Below, piece after piece: positions 53,223-64,000 of a stretch of DNA of 64,000 nt. The stretch is from the NCBI RefSeq assembly GCF_033153115.1, contig NW_026889778.1:37386001-37450000 (forward strand). The letters run 5' to 3'. The translations under genes and the position numbers were made by a program. Position 1 is the stretch's first letter. Every line of letters begins with the position of its first letter. The DNA is from Saccostrea echinata. Taxonomy: Eukaryota. The notes below the pieces were generated by a model, which made no database searches, was not told the DNA's origin, and saw only the letters and a program-made list of their open reading frames with translations.

Positions 53223-53443
53223 AGTTATAAATTTTGGTACTCAAAGGAAAGTCTTATCAATAGTCTGTCCTTGTACACATGTAATTTAATAAAAAAAAAA
53301 TTGATATATACCCTAAATTTTTTTTCTACTTTCAATAAACCAGGATAGCAAATGATCATATCTGAGAAATATAAAGAAATGATACAACTATTTTCTTGCA
53401 GGGAGAAAGAGAAATCAACAGTTACTGTAGTAAAATCATTCAT

Positions 53444-53609
53444 TTATGCTGGCCTAATCTTCATCTCTACACGTGCCATTGAGTACTGTTTCTGTTTCCA
53501 TGGATACCACTCTATACCGGTACCTTCAAGTGTGGGATCCCCAGAGATTTCTCCCATAGTCTTGGGCCCATACGGTATTCCTTTTAGAAATACGCCATTC
53601 AGATTGGAG
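53444..53609 (-). CDS. FBG gene exon 5
   Basis: SNLNGVFLKG...GIEWYPWKQKQYSMARVEMKIRPA*. Confidence 0.9.
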
Positions 53610-56600
53610 CTTAAATATAAATAAATATTTTTATACAAATATTTAATTTTATACACTTTTAATTATATTCCAAATAAATTTAATTTTAATATTTTGACAG
53701 TTTTCAACATCCAATTTTCTATTTCGTATGAGCAATTTAGTCCATTGTACCATAGCTTGTTTTCTGCAACTATGAAACTTCGACGAAGAAGTTGGGTTTG
53801 GGCAAAAAAAAGGTCGGGTTCGCATACCTATAGCAGGAATTGAACCACCATCCCGAATTGAGAAGCTTGGCACAGTTCATAAAGGAGCTGTCTCGATCTC
53901 GATCAGGAGTGCTAAATCTGTGATTATTGTGACGTAGAAGACTGGATTGTGGGTAGTTAAACGAATCCCCTACAATAATATTATCACATAATTGATTATT
54001 GCGTAATTAAACTCTATAGAAAACAAAATCTCATAAAATCCATGCTTTTTGTGATAAATTTCTTTCGTACGAAAATGGAAGGTAAATAATAAACCCTTAG
54101 GTTTATTTTCCTTTCATTTTCAAACCGGAAAGGTGTAAAAGTTTTAGATTAATCTTCGAGTCTTACTTATATTCACAAGAAATAATTTTCTTTGTAATTA
54201 ATGTGTAAATAGATTTTTAATTCCACATTTATGTAATCTTAATTTAACCAAAAATAATAATCTCGTTTGTCAAATTAGTTGTGATGTTGTAAAATGTATT
54301 GAGATTTTTCTTCAATTTGTGACCTTATTATTATTGAAAAGTGTTTCCATTTTATAAACCTGCAAACATCCTCACAAGGGCATGGGGTCCTGTGACTACA
54401 CGGCTTAAACGGCCCTAAGTAGAAACAGGACCCGTGATGCTGTGAGGATGATCTACAAAGTATATTCTTTGAAAGGTTCATTTTAATCAATTTACTATTT
54501 ACATAGGATGTAGTTTGTATTTGAATGGAATAACTTAAATAATTTGACCATCCATTTTAGCCCCAGTCCCCAATACTTATACAGAAACACTTATGTTTAT
54601 TTTCTAATTTAAATACCCGCAGTTCCTGTATATTTTCCAGCTGTGAGTGTATAATCCATGCTCTCTGGACCTACATAAAAATCCCTATATTCTGCATAGA
54701 CGATGTCTCCTGTCCAATCCATGAGTTTGATGTTGATGACGTTATTTCCGGCAGCTGTTAATCTGTGTATTGCCTCGTTTCCGAGCCAGAATTCGGAAGT
54801 GAGATTTCCGAATCCCTCCCTATAATCTGTCCAGTTTCGATTAAAATTGACTGATCCGTCCTGACGTCGTTGTATGACCGTCCAGCGGCCTCCATCATGG
54901 TATAAATCACAGTACACTTGTTTTGCACTTCCTGAAAATTGTAGCGATTGAATATGAAATGTGACTATAACGAACAACAATATATTCAAAAGTCAAAAAA
55001 AAAAAAAAATACAAATTGAAAACAGAGCAAACACGGAATTCTGAAACCATCAGAGGTGGGATCGGGTGCTAGGAATAACTAAACATCCCTATCGACCAAT
55101 TGATTTAAATAAAGAAAACAAAAACTTTGTTACAGTTCCACTTCAGGTGTTATTTGTGTTATCATCTACAATCTCTTGTTTTATGAATATATCGTTCCCA
55201 ATGATCTTATTAGATATAATTTAAGGTCATTCATATCACCAGATGAAGATGTTCTAAAATTGGTTTTATGAAGAGGTACCTATATGGTGGGGGAAGCGTA
55301 TTGCTGATACCCAGTGGTACAATTTCGATTCCAGATGTTAACACAAGTAAAATAACATTAAATGTTAGAGAAAATTAAAAATGATAGCATCAACTGTAAT
55401 TGAGCTTTGCACTGACCTCCTAGCTCTATTTCGTACACACCGCTAGATGTCTCTCCTTTAGCAGCCAAATCAGCACAATCACGTTGCGTGGGTGGTGCTA
55501 TAGAAAAAAAAACATATTTACAAGTCGACATCATACTATCTGACACGTCGAATTATAAATAATTGAAAAGATACCTTAATATGTCGACTTGTTCAGTTAA
55601 TTAAAATTATAGTTTACTTGTCAGATAATTTCTGTATGACGACTTGTCAGAAATTAGGACGACTTGCCAGAAAGTATGTCGTCAGAAAAATATGTCGACT
55701 TGTCAGATAACTATGTCAATTTCTAGACTATTATGTTGACCTGTTTTTAAATTATTTTGTCGATTTGTTGGAAAATTATATTTACTTGTCAGATAATTAT
55801 GCAGATTTGTCAGATTTTATTTTTGTTGGACACGTTTGTCGACTTGTCAGATGATATGATGAAAGGTACTTAGATGTCAATCAATGACATTAACTTGCTT
55901 TAAATACAAGACACTGAGTCTTTGTCATGCTTATCATTATCTGACAAATCGAAATAACAATCTGACAAGTTACATGTAATATCCATAAATAATATCTGAT
56001 TTCTGACAAGTTGACATAAACACCTGACAAGTGGGTGGCAGAAATGTACCATTATATAAAGTAAATGATCATTCAGTTTTACCTCAACATGTTTCTTGAG
56101 CACTTAAATGAATGTTAAAGTATTCATTATTATTTTATTATTATTATTATTTTTTTTTTTTTTTTAAAAACATGTCTTAAAATCAAGTGAAATGTGTGAA
56201 TAATTTAGTATTATAAAAATGCAAAGCAACGAATCAAAAAAAGGTTTGTGTTTATATACATGGTGAAAGTGATATTATTCACATTACGTCCTGGCCCTGG
56301 AAATGTAAAAATTAAAATCTCATTAGTCAAAGGAAAGCTTAGGGCCGTTTAATTACCAACAACATAATATCATAATGCTTTAAACATTGATGACCTTAGA
56401 TAACCTGTACACGAAGTAACTGAAAAAATGATATTTTACACGAAAGTCAACAACTTTGTCTTCAATGTATATTTTATTGGTGAGTGATAGGGTTAAGGGA
56501 ACGGTTGGGTGGCAGGTTTGTTTTGAGAACTTGAAAGAAACATACCTGGTGGTGTGCGAATGGCAGTTGTTGAAGATATCGCTGATGAAGGAGTAGGAGG

Positions 56601-56900
56601 AGTTTGTGTTGCCGTGGTTACTGTTGTGGATACAGTTGACATGGCAACTGCATTCTGCTGTAGTGCTGACACTTGTATTGATAGGTTTTGCACCATTGAC
56701 ATTAATTGCTGGTGTTGAAGCTTTAGAAATTCATTTTCCTTTTTGAGAGCGCTACAGCACGAAGTTGCATTTACAATGGAAGATTCCAGTATGGATATTC
56801 GTTCTTCATGTGCGTCCAGGTTTTGGAATAAGGACACTTGGCATTGTATAATATGTACCAAAATTGTTAGAAAGCACCAAATCACAACAAAGGTCGCCAT
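53444..56900 (-). CDS. Secreted fibrinogen-related protein (FBG domain; ficolin/angiopoietin-like family), about 352 aa; exons 56546-56900, 55417-55497, 54617-54931, 53828-53969, 53444-53609
   Basis: Signal peptide, coiled coil and Thr/Ser/Pro linker, then FBG motifs RDCADL..SGVYEI, VYCD..GGRWTVIQRRQDGSVNFNRNW..GFG..EFWLGNE, FSTPDRD..NCA..GWWFNSCY.SNLNG, W..WK..EMKIRP. Exons total 1059 nt with consistent GT-AG phases. Confidence 0.92.
53828..53969 (-). CDS. FBG gene exon 4
   Basis: DSFNYPQSSLLRHNNHRFSTPDRDRDSSFMNCAKLLNSGWWFNSCY; ttgtag / gtatgc. Confidence 0.92.
54617..54931 (-). CDS. FBG gene exon 3
   Basis: Core FBG motifs within ORF 54609..54989; tttcag / gtattt. Confidence 0.92.
55005..55100 (-). 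mobile_element. Penelope-like 3'-end fragment in FBG gene intron 2
   Basis: cagagcaaacacgga..agaggtgggatcgggtgctagga..catccctatcgacc. Confidence 0.65.
55417..55497 (-). CDS. FBG gene exon 2
   Basis: PPTQRDCADLAAKGETSSGVYEIELG; ctatag / gtcagt. Confidence 0.88.
55537..56035. repeat. ~21-bp degenerate minisatellite (tgtcgacttgtcagataatta) with inverted copies; foldback-like; FBG intron 1
   Basis: Repeated acttgtcaga over 55580-55855 and tctgacaag over 55940-56030. Confidence 0.7.
56546..56900 (-). CDS. FBG gene exon 1 (signal peptide, coiled coil, mucin-like linker)
   Basis: MATFVVIWCFLTILVHIIQC...; gtatgt donor. Confidence 0.85.
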
Positions 56901-58029
56901 TTTGGCATTACTGTTATGCGTGACCTTTGTTGATAAGAACATTTGATATAAGAACATGTAATATGCTAGCAATAATATCAGAGGGTGCGGTGATCTTTCT
57001 CTTTAATGTACAAGCACTTACGTAATGAAAAAAAAATGTTTCGTTGTGTTTTCATAAGAAAGGAAAATTAATAATTTGTAATAATGATAATAATTACGTA
57101 TGCCAGTATGTGTAATGAGATTCTAACCATAAATCTTATGTATAGAAGATATAACATAATGTAGCAATTTATGATTTTTATTAAATCTTGTATTAAAATC
57201 AAATCTAGCTGAATGTCAAAAGACGAAGGAAACCTTTACTTAAGTTTTGTCTTCTTATCTCGGTAATTGTTAAGAAAAGTTCTTAAAGATGCCATCAATT
57301 TTTTTTTTCTATTTATGAATTACATTGAACTGTGGGTGTGACCATTCAATACCAAGAAAAGCACAAATGGCGAGCTTAGATAAAAGATAGATAGGAACAT
57401 CATAAATCACTTAGCTAGGGATGGTGCGCTTGAGAATTTGGGATTTGAGAATCCAGCGGTAAACTATCGCCAGTTAAAATCGACTCCATCAGTGTAAGAG
57501 TCCGTTATAGCGACTATGGAATAAGGACGTAAAAAAGACCCTATAGAGGAATTGAACCAAACTCTGGCCAGGCTTCAAAACAAGGTACCATGTTGCAGAA
57601 AATGGAATTTGTTGTGGGACACCAAGGATTGCAGATCCTATACAAGTGCCCATTACAATTAGTGACAATTTTTATCTCTTCAATCGAGAACAAACCTGAT
57701 GTAACAGTCACACAATGGCGCTATCCTGAAACAGGTCATTAAATGGAAAGGGTTACTTCTAAGAAGCCATCATTTAGCCATGAATATATGTCAAGAAAAT
57801 TCAATTGATAAACATGTACTTTTTTGATTAACATCCAAATTGTGAAAAAGTCATTTTAAGTATAAAATACGTTTCTGAAACAACATTTATCATTTCTAAC
57901 TGACCTGTTAAATCGTTAACAGACTTTGCAAAAGATGTATGATACATGCGTGGACAATAATTTATTTCTCATTCATCCAAAAACTAGTAGCAAAATTAGT
58001 AGTATACTTTTCAAAATGTGTTTCCTCTA

Positions 58030-59050
58030 CATACAAAACTCCAGGAAGATTTAGAAAATTTGAAGTCACATAATTTTACCACAATCAATAACATCGAAAC
58101 GTACGACATTTCAACACTGTATACAACCATCCCCAAAAATACATTAAAGCCCTAGATTATTGACATCATAGACAGCTGTTTTTCAATAAGAATGGAACTC
58201 GTGAATATACTTATCTTGTCATTGGTCAAATATTTTGTTTAAAAAATTATGATTTTACACACAAGTACTCCGAAGTTGACATTCAAGAGATGTTTGAATT
58301 TCTGATTGACAATATCTATGTAGTTTTTGGAGATCAAGTCTTCCGACAATCTGTCGAATTTCCAAGTGTACTTATTGCGCCCATTATTAGCAGACCTATT
58401 TTTTTAATTCTTATGAAACAGAATTATTTTTTAAAATCTTCTTCATGAAAAGAAGAAGTCTTTTGCTGTGGCCTTCAATTCAACATTTAAATACAGCGTA
58501 TATCGACGACGTTTTATCAATTAACAATATTCATTTCATTCCTATGTTGATTCGATATACCCCTTTGTACTCAAAATAAAAGATATTACAGAGTTTGACA
58601 CATCTGTTTCATATTTGGATATTTTAAAAGAAAAAGATCAGTGGTAACAATTCTTCATGATAAAAGTGATGACTTCAACTTTTCTATTGTCAACAATAGG
58701 TTGATGAAAAAAAGAATATCAACAGTCTCGTTTAAAGTGAACATCTTGCAAATTTTGTGGTCAGCAATTATCTATCGTTAAGTCGAATGTTGACTGGCGT
58801 TTTTTATACAAGTTGTAAAACATTATTTTCATACTGAATCGTTCATGGATTTTTCCTTTGGCCCGATCATGACAAGGAGCGCACGGCGGATGTGACGGGG
58901 TTTGACAGGAGATGTTTACCCCTCCATGACACCAGATCCCACCTCTTTGTTTTTAGAGGTCGGTATTTAGTCTGCTCCAAATCAAATCTGTATTTGTTTC
59001 AATAGATTTTTGAGCTTGGTTACTGTTCGTTAATTGTTTCTATATTTCAT
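58030..59050 (+). mobile_element. 5'-truncated Penelope-like RT remnant
   Basis: TYDISTLYTTIP, FLIDNIYVVFGDQVF, YIDDVLSINN and the shared 3' end. Confidence 0.8.
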
Positions 59051-59759
59051 TCCAAAATTATATCAACAAATAAAAAATTAAAACATTTTCTAATTTGCGT
59101 TATCAATTTTAAAACAATTTTTCCAGTTAATTGCTTGATTATGTGAGAATTTCACATTCTTAAAAGAATAATTGTCGTTTAGGTATAAACCTATTATAAT
59201 AGATGTAGTAAGAATTAGAATTGCCACGTCATATTTGGCGTATACAAAAATTTCCTCAGATTTTCCAGCACGATCTAAGATAGAAATACCAGGTATTTTG
59301 ATAAGTTGTGGTCATTGCAGTTACTGTTTGTGCATGTGGTCTGAGATATTGTTTGTGTTTCAAACTAAATATCAGTCTTTGTAAAAATGCTGTATAATTA
59401 ACAACGTATGTAGTTTTTAAGACCAGATATTGATTCCTTATCATATATTCAATTTTTTGCGATCACACATTTTTAGAAAATTGAATGAAGTGCAATCTCT
59501 TTACACCCGAGTAGATACATGTATTTCAAAAATCTTTTTTCCCATCTGTTTATCCTTCCTTCTTCATGAACTTAGCCTTGAAGTATCCTTAAATAGCATA
59601 TGTCCACCTGGTATTTTCTATCATTCATTACTGAACTTTCTTTGGCAATGTGAAATTTAATTCTGTAAAACTCTTAAAGGATCATCACAATTTATGACAT
59701 TTTAAAAATGAACAACATTGTACACAGTACTTAATATTTAATTTAAATATTTTTTATCA

Positions 59760-59908
59760 GTCGTCTTTTTAAGTAAGTGAGAGTAAATGTTTTAAAATCG
59801 GCGGATTTCTTAATCATCTCACTTGATTGATTATTCAAAAGCCGTCTTTTTAAATAAGAGAGAGTATGTATTTTAATTTCGGTAGATTTCTTAATCATCT
59901 TACTTGAA
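59760..59908. repeat. ~81-bp tandem duplication
   Basis: cgtctttttaa.taag.gagagta..tcgg..gatttcttaatcatct.acttga twice. Confidence 0.7.
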
Positions 59909-60144
59909 ATGTTCAAATTATCCCTACATCTGCGTTTGTCTGACAAATGAAAGTTTAGCTATTTGAAACAAGCATTTAAAATAAATCTCGAAATTGAATA
60001 ACAATTCTTTTTTTTCTCCATTTTTCCTCTCTATCTTGGATTTTGATCGCCACACATTTTAAAGATATCGTAGAATTTACTATTTATGTAAATGTTTCCC
60101 CGTTAAAATATTTAATAATACAAAGTAAATGCACGATTGTACAT

Positions 60145-60363
60145 NNNNNNNNNNNNNNNNNNNNNNNNNNNNNNNNNNNNNNNNNNNNNNNNNNNNNNNN
60201 NNNNNNNNNNNNNNNNNNNNNNNNNNNNNNNNNNNNNNNNNNNNNNNNNNNNNNNNNNNNNNNNNNNNNNNNNNNNNNNNNNNNNNNNNNNNNNNNNNNN
60301 NNNNNNNNNNNNNNNNNNNNNNNNNNNNNNNNNNNNNNNNNNNNNNNNNNNNNNNNNNNNNNN
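60145..60363. other. Assembly gap (219 N)
   Basis: Run of n. Confidence 1.
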
Positions 60364-60561
60364 AACAAACAAGTTCACATTTAATTATTACACTTAGCGC
60401 TTTTGCCGTGAGGCTCTTCAGAGTGTAACAAAGTTTATAAAAGCAATACAACTTGGTTGTTATGACGTCGTTATAACGTTATTTTCTTTATGGTGTCATT
60501 TCCATAGTCTGAACATAGTCTGAAGCATTAGTGCTTCCACCGAAACTTTATAAAATTATTA

Positions 60562-61680
60562 CAAGGTTTTACAAGCAGAGCAAACACAGACCTCCAAAAA
60601 CATTAGAGGTGGGATCAGGTGCCATGGAGGAGTGAGAATTCCCTGTCGAGCGGTCACACCCGCCGTGTGCTCCTTGTTATTATTGGAAAATAACGGAAAA
60701 ACGGTGTGTAAATAATGGCCTAACAATTAGTATGAAAAACGTCTGTCAGCATTTGACTTAATGAAAGATTGTATTTGCTGACAAGGTCATTGTATCGACC
60801 ATAGAATGTACGAAATGATTACTTTAAACAAGACTGCTGATATTTTTGTTTCATCAACTTGTTTGTCAATAACTTACCTCATTTTAGTAATTGTTCATAC
60901 GTAGAGCATGCTCTGGCGTATCGAAACAACTGAGAGATATAAACCCCGTATGCAGGTGATAAGGGTATATTGCTGCATAAATAAAGGAAGTTGACTATTG
61001 AAAAGTTAAAGTTATCACGTTTATCATAAAGCTTTGTTGTTAGATTACCATTAACGTCTTTTTCTAATAAAGTATCCAAATATGAAACAGATGTGTCAGA
61101 CTCTGTGATATCTTTTATCTGAAGCTCACCGGGATATATCGTGTCGACATAACAATGGAAATAACCATTGTTAATTGACAATACGTCGTCGATATATCTA
61201 AATGTCGAGTTGAAGGCCACAGCAAGTGTTTTCTTCTTTTCACGTAAAAGATTTTGAACAAATTCTGCTTCATATGAAAACAAAAATAGGTCTGCTAATA
61301 ACGGGCCGCAATTGGTACCCATGGAAATTCCAATAGATTTTTGGAAGACCTGGACCTAAGATCATGAAACAGACTAAGACTTACGTCAAAGTTTCAATCG
61401 CCTGTAAAATGTTTATTTATTGTTGAATTAATCGCTAATTTTGCAGATGACAACACTTTTGTAAAGTAATATAGAACAATATTTTAAATTTTGTGATTGT
61501 TTGACTTCTACAACATTTTATCACAAAATAAAAATTTGACTTAACCTTAAGACTTTTCATGATCCCGAGGCCTGGTCTCCAAAAACCACATAGATATTGT
61601 CAATCAGAAACTCGAACATCTTTTTATTGTCAACCTTAGAGTACTTGTGTGTACAATCAGATCTAATTTTACAGAACCTA
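60562..61680 (-). mobile_element. 5'-truncated Penelope-like RT copy, interrupted by a MITE
   Basis: ORF 60879..61322 reads MGTNCGPLLADLFLFSYE...FRYIDDVLSINN...SYLD...KLYDKRD...PAYGVYISQL; ORF 61557..61742 continues the RT. Confidence 0.88.
61353..61571. mobile_element. 219-bp MITE with CTG target duplication (PIF/Harbinger-like)
   Basis: Imperfect ~40-bp TIRs (gatcatgaaa/tttcatgatc; gtcaaa/tttgac) flanked by CTG; removing it restores the RT codons GDQVF. Confidence 0.7.
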
Positions 61681-63168
61681 ATTGGAAAACTCAGGTTTTT
61701 ATGCATTTTGAGATTGAATGAAAAAGGTGATGTTCTTGGCACCGTAGGGTAGACTATGCTGTTTTTTATGGTTGTTTAACGTTAAGTAAGCCTTAAAATA
61801 AATTTGAATGCATTATCATCTGTACATATACAAATGTTTTGAAAAAGAAGTCAATGAAAATCCATGATGTTAAAATGTGAATTTTCACATTTTGTTTCCA
61901 TGGTATCACTGCATATAGACTATATTCCCCTCGGACATTTAAATATAAAACAGGTTTCAGCAATGATTTTAATTAAACTTATTATTTTCAAAACTGAACA
62001 TTTTTCCAACTTTGAAACTCATTTCTATGGTAGCCATTTATTCATTATATTACAGATATCCCGAAGTCGTCATGTTATATAACGTGTGGAGGAAATCGAT
62101 GATCATGTGTGTCATGCCTCTTTTATGAAAATATTCTTACAGAGAATAGCTTTTAATATGCAATTTTTTCTATATATTTTCATAAATTTCTGTCAAATTC
62201 TTAACTAATATAAATGCAACTTAAAATAATTGTGGTCTTGTTTTATTTCCCGTTTTATAATTACTAATAAATTCCTTTTTCACAACTATCACACATAAAA
62301 CAAAAATGCGCAGTGATTTCTCAAGTTGCACTTGAATTAACTGTTGAAGCGTGATTATCCAGCTGTTAAATATGCACCGTCCCACTCAATATGTTTACGT
62401 CAACAAAATGCATTAATCAGTCATGCATATAACTTTTTTTAAAATTAAAGAGGATATAATTTCATTTCTGTTCAATGTGTGAAATTGATGAATTCTCTTA
62501 GTGTGCGAAATATGTAAGAACTCTGCAATTTAAATCTTTTGATTTGTCTGGAAAAGTTTGGAAGGAGGAAAGTATGAATGTGCTGACAAAGTGCAGGTAA
62601 AGTTGATTTAATATGTATTTTAAACATGGCAGATACTAAAGTGCGTAAGAACTTTAAGGAAAATTTAGTTTGAGAAACGAATAAAAACCCAAAAATAAAT
62701 CATAAATTAATAACTCTTGCTATTTACATATAAAATGATATTTAATGACACCGATCTTCTTGCTCGAGAGTTATTTTTTTCTCAAATCATGCATTTGTAG
62801 ATTGTTTATGAACACGTTTCTTGTATATGTCCCTTATGTACATGTAATACATTTCAAATGTCAAACAACCACTTGACGTTATATTTTGTTGTATGTCACT
62901 TATAATTGTGAACTTTTGTTTAAATCCCGTTCTAAATCTTTTTGTACATCATATTTAGAAGATACCTAGACAAAATAATCAACTAATCCTATTTTCAAGA
63001 TATGTTTATTGCCTGAGGCGGTTCCTCAAACGTTCAATCAATTGTTAATTTTCTGTTACCAAGGTGCAGTTTATTTTCGTCGTACAACCTTGTGATATTA
63101 GTTTTTTTTTTTTCAAAAATACACTCTGTATTCCAATTGCAATATGAATCTTTAATCACACTTTAATT

Positions 63169-63190
63169 TCTCTCTCTCTCTCTCTCTCTC
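63169..63190. repeat. (TC)n microsatellite
   Basis: Direct reading. Confidence 0.9.
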
Positions 63191-64000
63191 AGATGTCAAG
63201 TTTTGGGCATTATTTTTTAAGAAATATTTAATGAATATAATTACACAATTATCTTTTATGGATAGAACACATGAGGTTGAAAGTAGAATATAGATTTGAG
63301 GAAATATTTTTGTAAGAGGTTGAATTAATAAGTTCAGTCAATACAAGTTAAGAAATAATATTCAAATAAAGTTAACATTTTTTTTATTAATCAGAGATAT
63401 ATGACTACCTTCTGATCAAAACAATAACAAAATATACTAGTTAACTGTACATGTACGTAAAGTTTATCCACAATTACATACGGAGTTTTTAAAAGTTCAT
63501 TTATGTCGCTCATACCAATATTAGTGGTACATGAGGTAGTATGTAAGTCGTCATAGTTACGGAAAAAATGATAAATATATGTATGATACAATAGCGTAAA
63601 TGAGAGGCATAAACATATGTACAAAGTATAGCAAAAAACATACAGTGAGAAAAGAAAAGAATGGGATGATGACATATTATGGAGGACATACGGTGACAAT
63701 ATTTATTTTAATTTGTACACAAATGCCAAAATATTTCTTCTATAAAACAGTAATCTATTGAATTTATATGATATCTAAAGCATTCATAATTATGTGTTTC
63801 TACATATGTTAATCTCTATTCCAGCTTCGTTTCATAAGAGACATATGGGTAAAAGGCTTACGTGAACCAACCTGGCCCTGCTTTTCCTCAAGAAAGATTT
63901 CAAAAATATTTTTTTTTCCTTAAAGGCAGAGATTTTATCCCGTTTGGTAAATTCCAGGTGAGGGAGGGGCTTATTTTGTACAGGTGTGAATGCCTTGAGG

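Noticed and set aside
57330-57780. Less AT-rich stretch that might be a retroelement or gene remnant
   Set aside because: I found no sustained frame or recognisable motif.
60043-60451. ORFs spanning the N run
   Set aside because: Artefacts of the assembly gap.
63532-63541. let-7-like TGAGGTAGTA
   Set aside because: Only a 10-nt match; the rest diverges and I see no precursor hairpin.

Overview
AT-rich eukaryotic genomic DNA with spliceosomal introns, most likely from a bivalve mollusc (oyster-like, inferred from the repeat families). I reconstructed three multi-exon genes by hand from GT-AG boundaries with consistent reading phase. (1) The 3' eight exons of an SSUH2-like zinc-finger gene (+, 364-4091), ending in a CaaX box. 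(2) A complete 10-exon Wnt inhibitory factor 1 / shifted gene (-, 19855-41584, about 412 aa): signal peptide, WIF domain, 4 EGF repeats and an unexpected ~100-aa tail that is ~60% Lys/Arg. (3) A 5-exon secreted fibrinogen-related (FBG) protein gene (-, 53444-56900, about 352 aa). The rest is intronic or intergenic and holds many decayed Penelope-like retroelements with an N-terminal GIY-YIG endonuclease (Naiad/Chlamys-type), Helentron-associated satellite-bearing elements, two tRNA-derived SINEs, MITEs, a tandemly duplicated palindromic element and one assembly gap. The most notable observations are the polybasic, possibly alternatively spliced WIF1 tail; a MITE carrying ~15 CTTTGAT (TCF/LEF-type) motifs inside WIF1; tandem duplications of 3' splice sites in two different genes; and a candidate divergent spliced transcript at the WIF1 promoter. 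All homology calls come from recognition of motifs, not from database searches.
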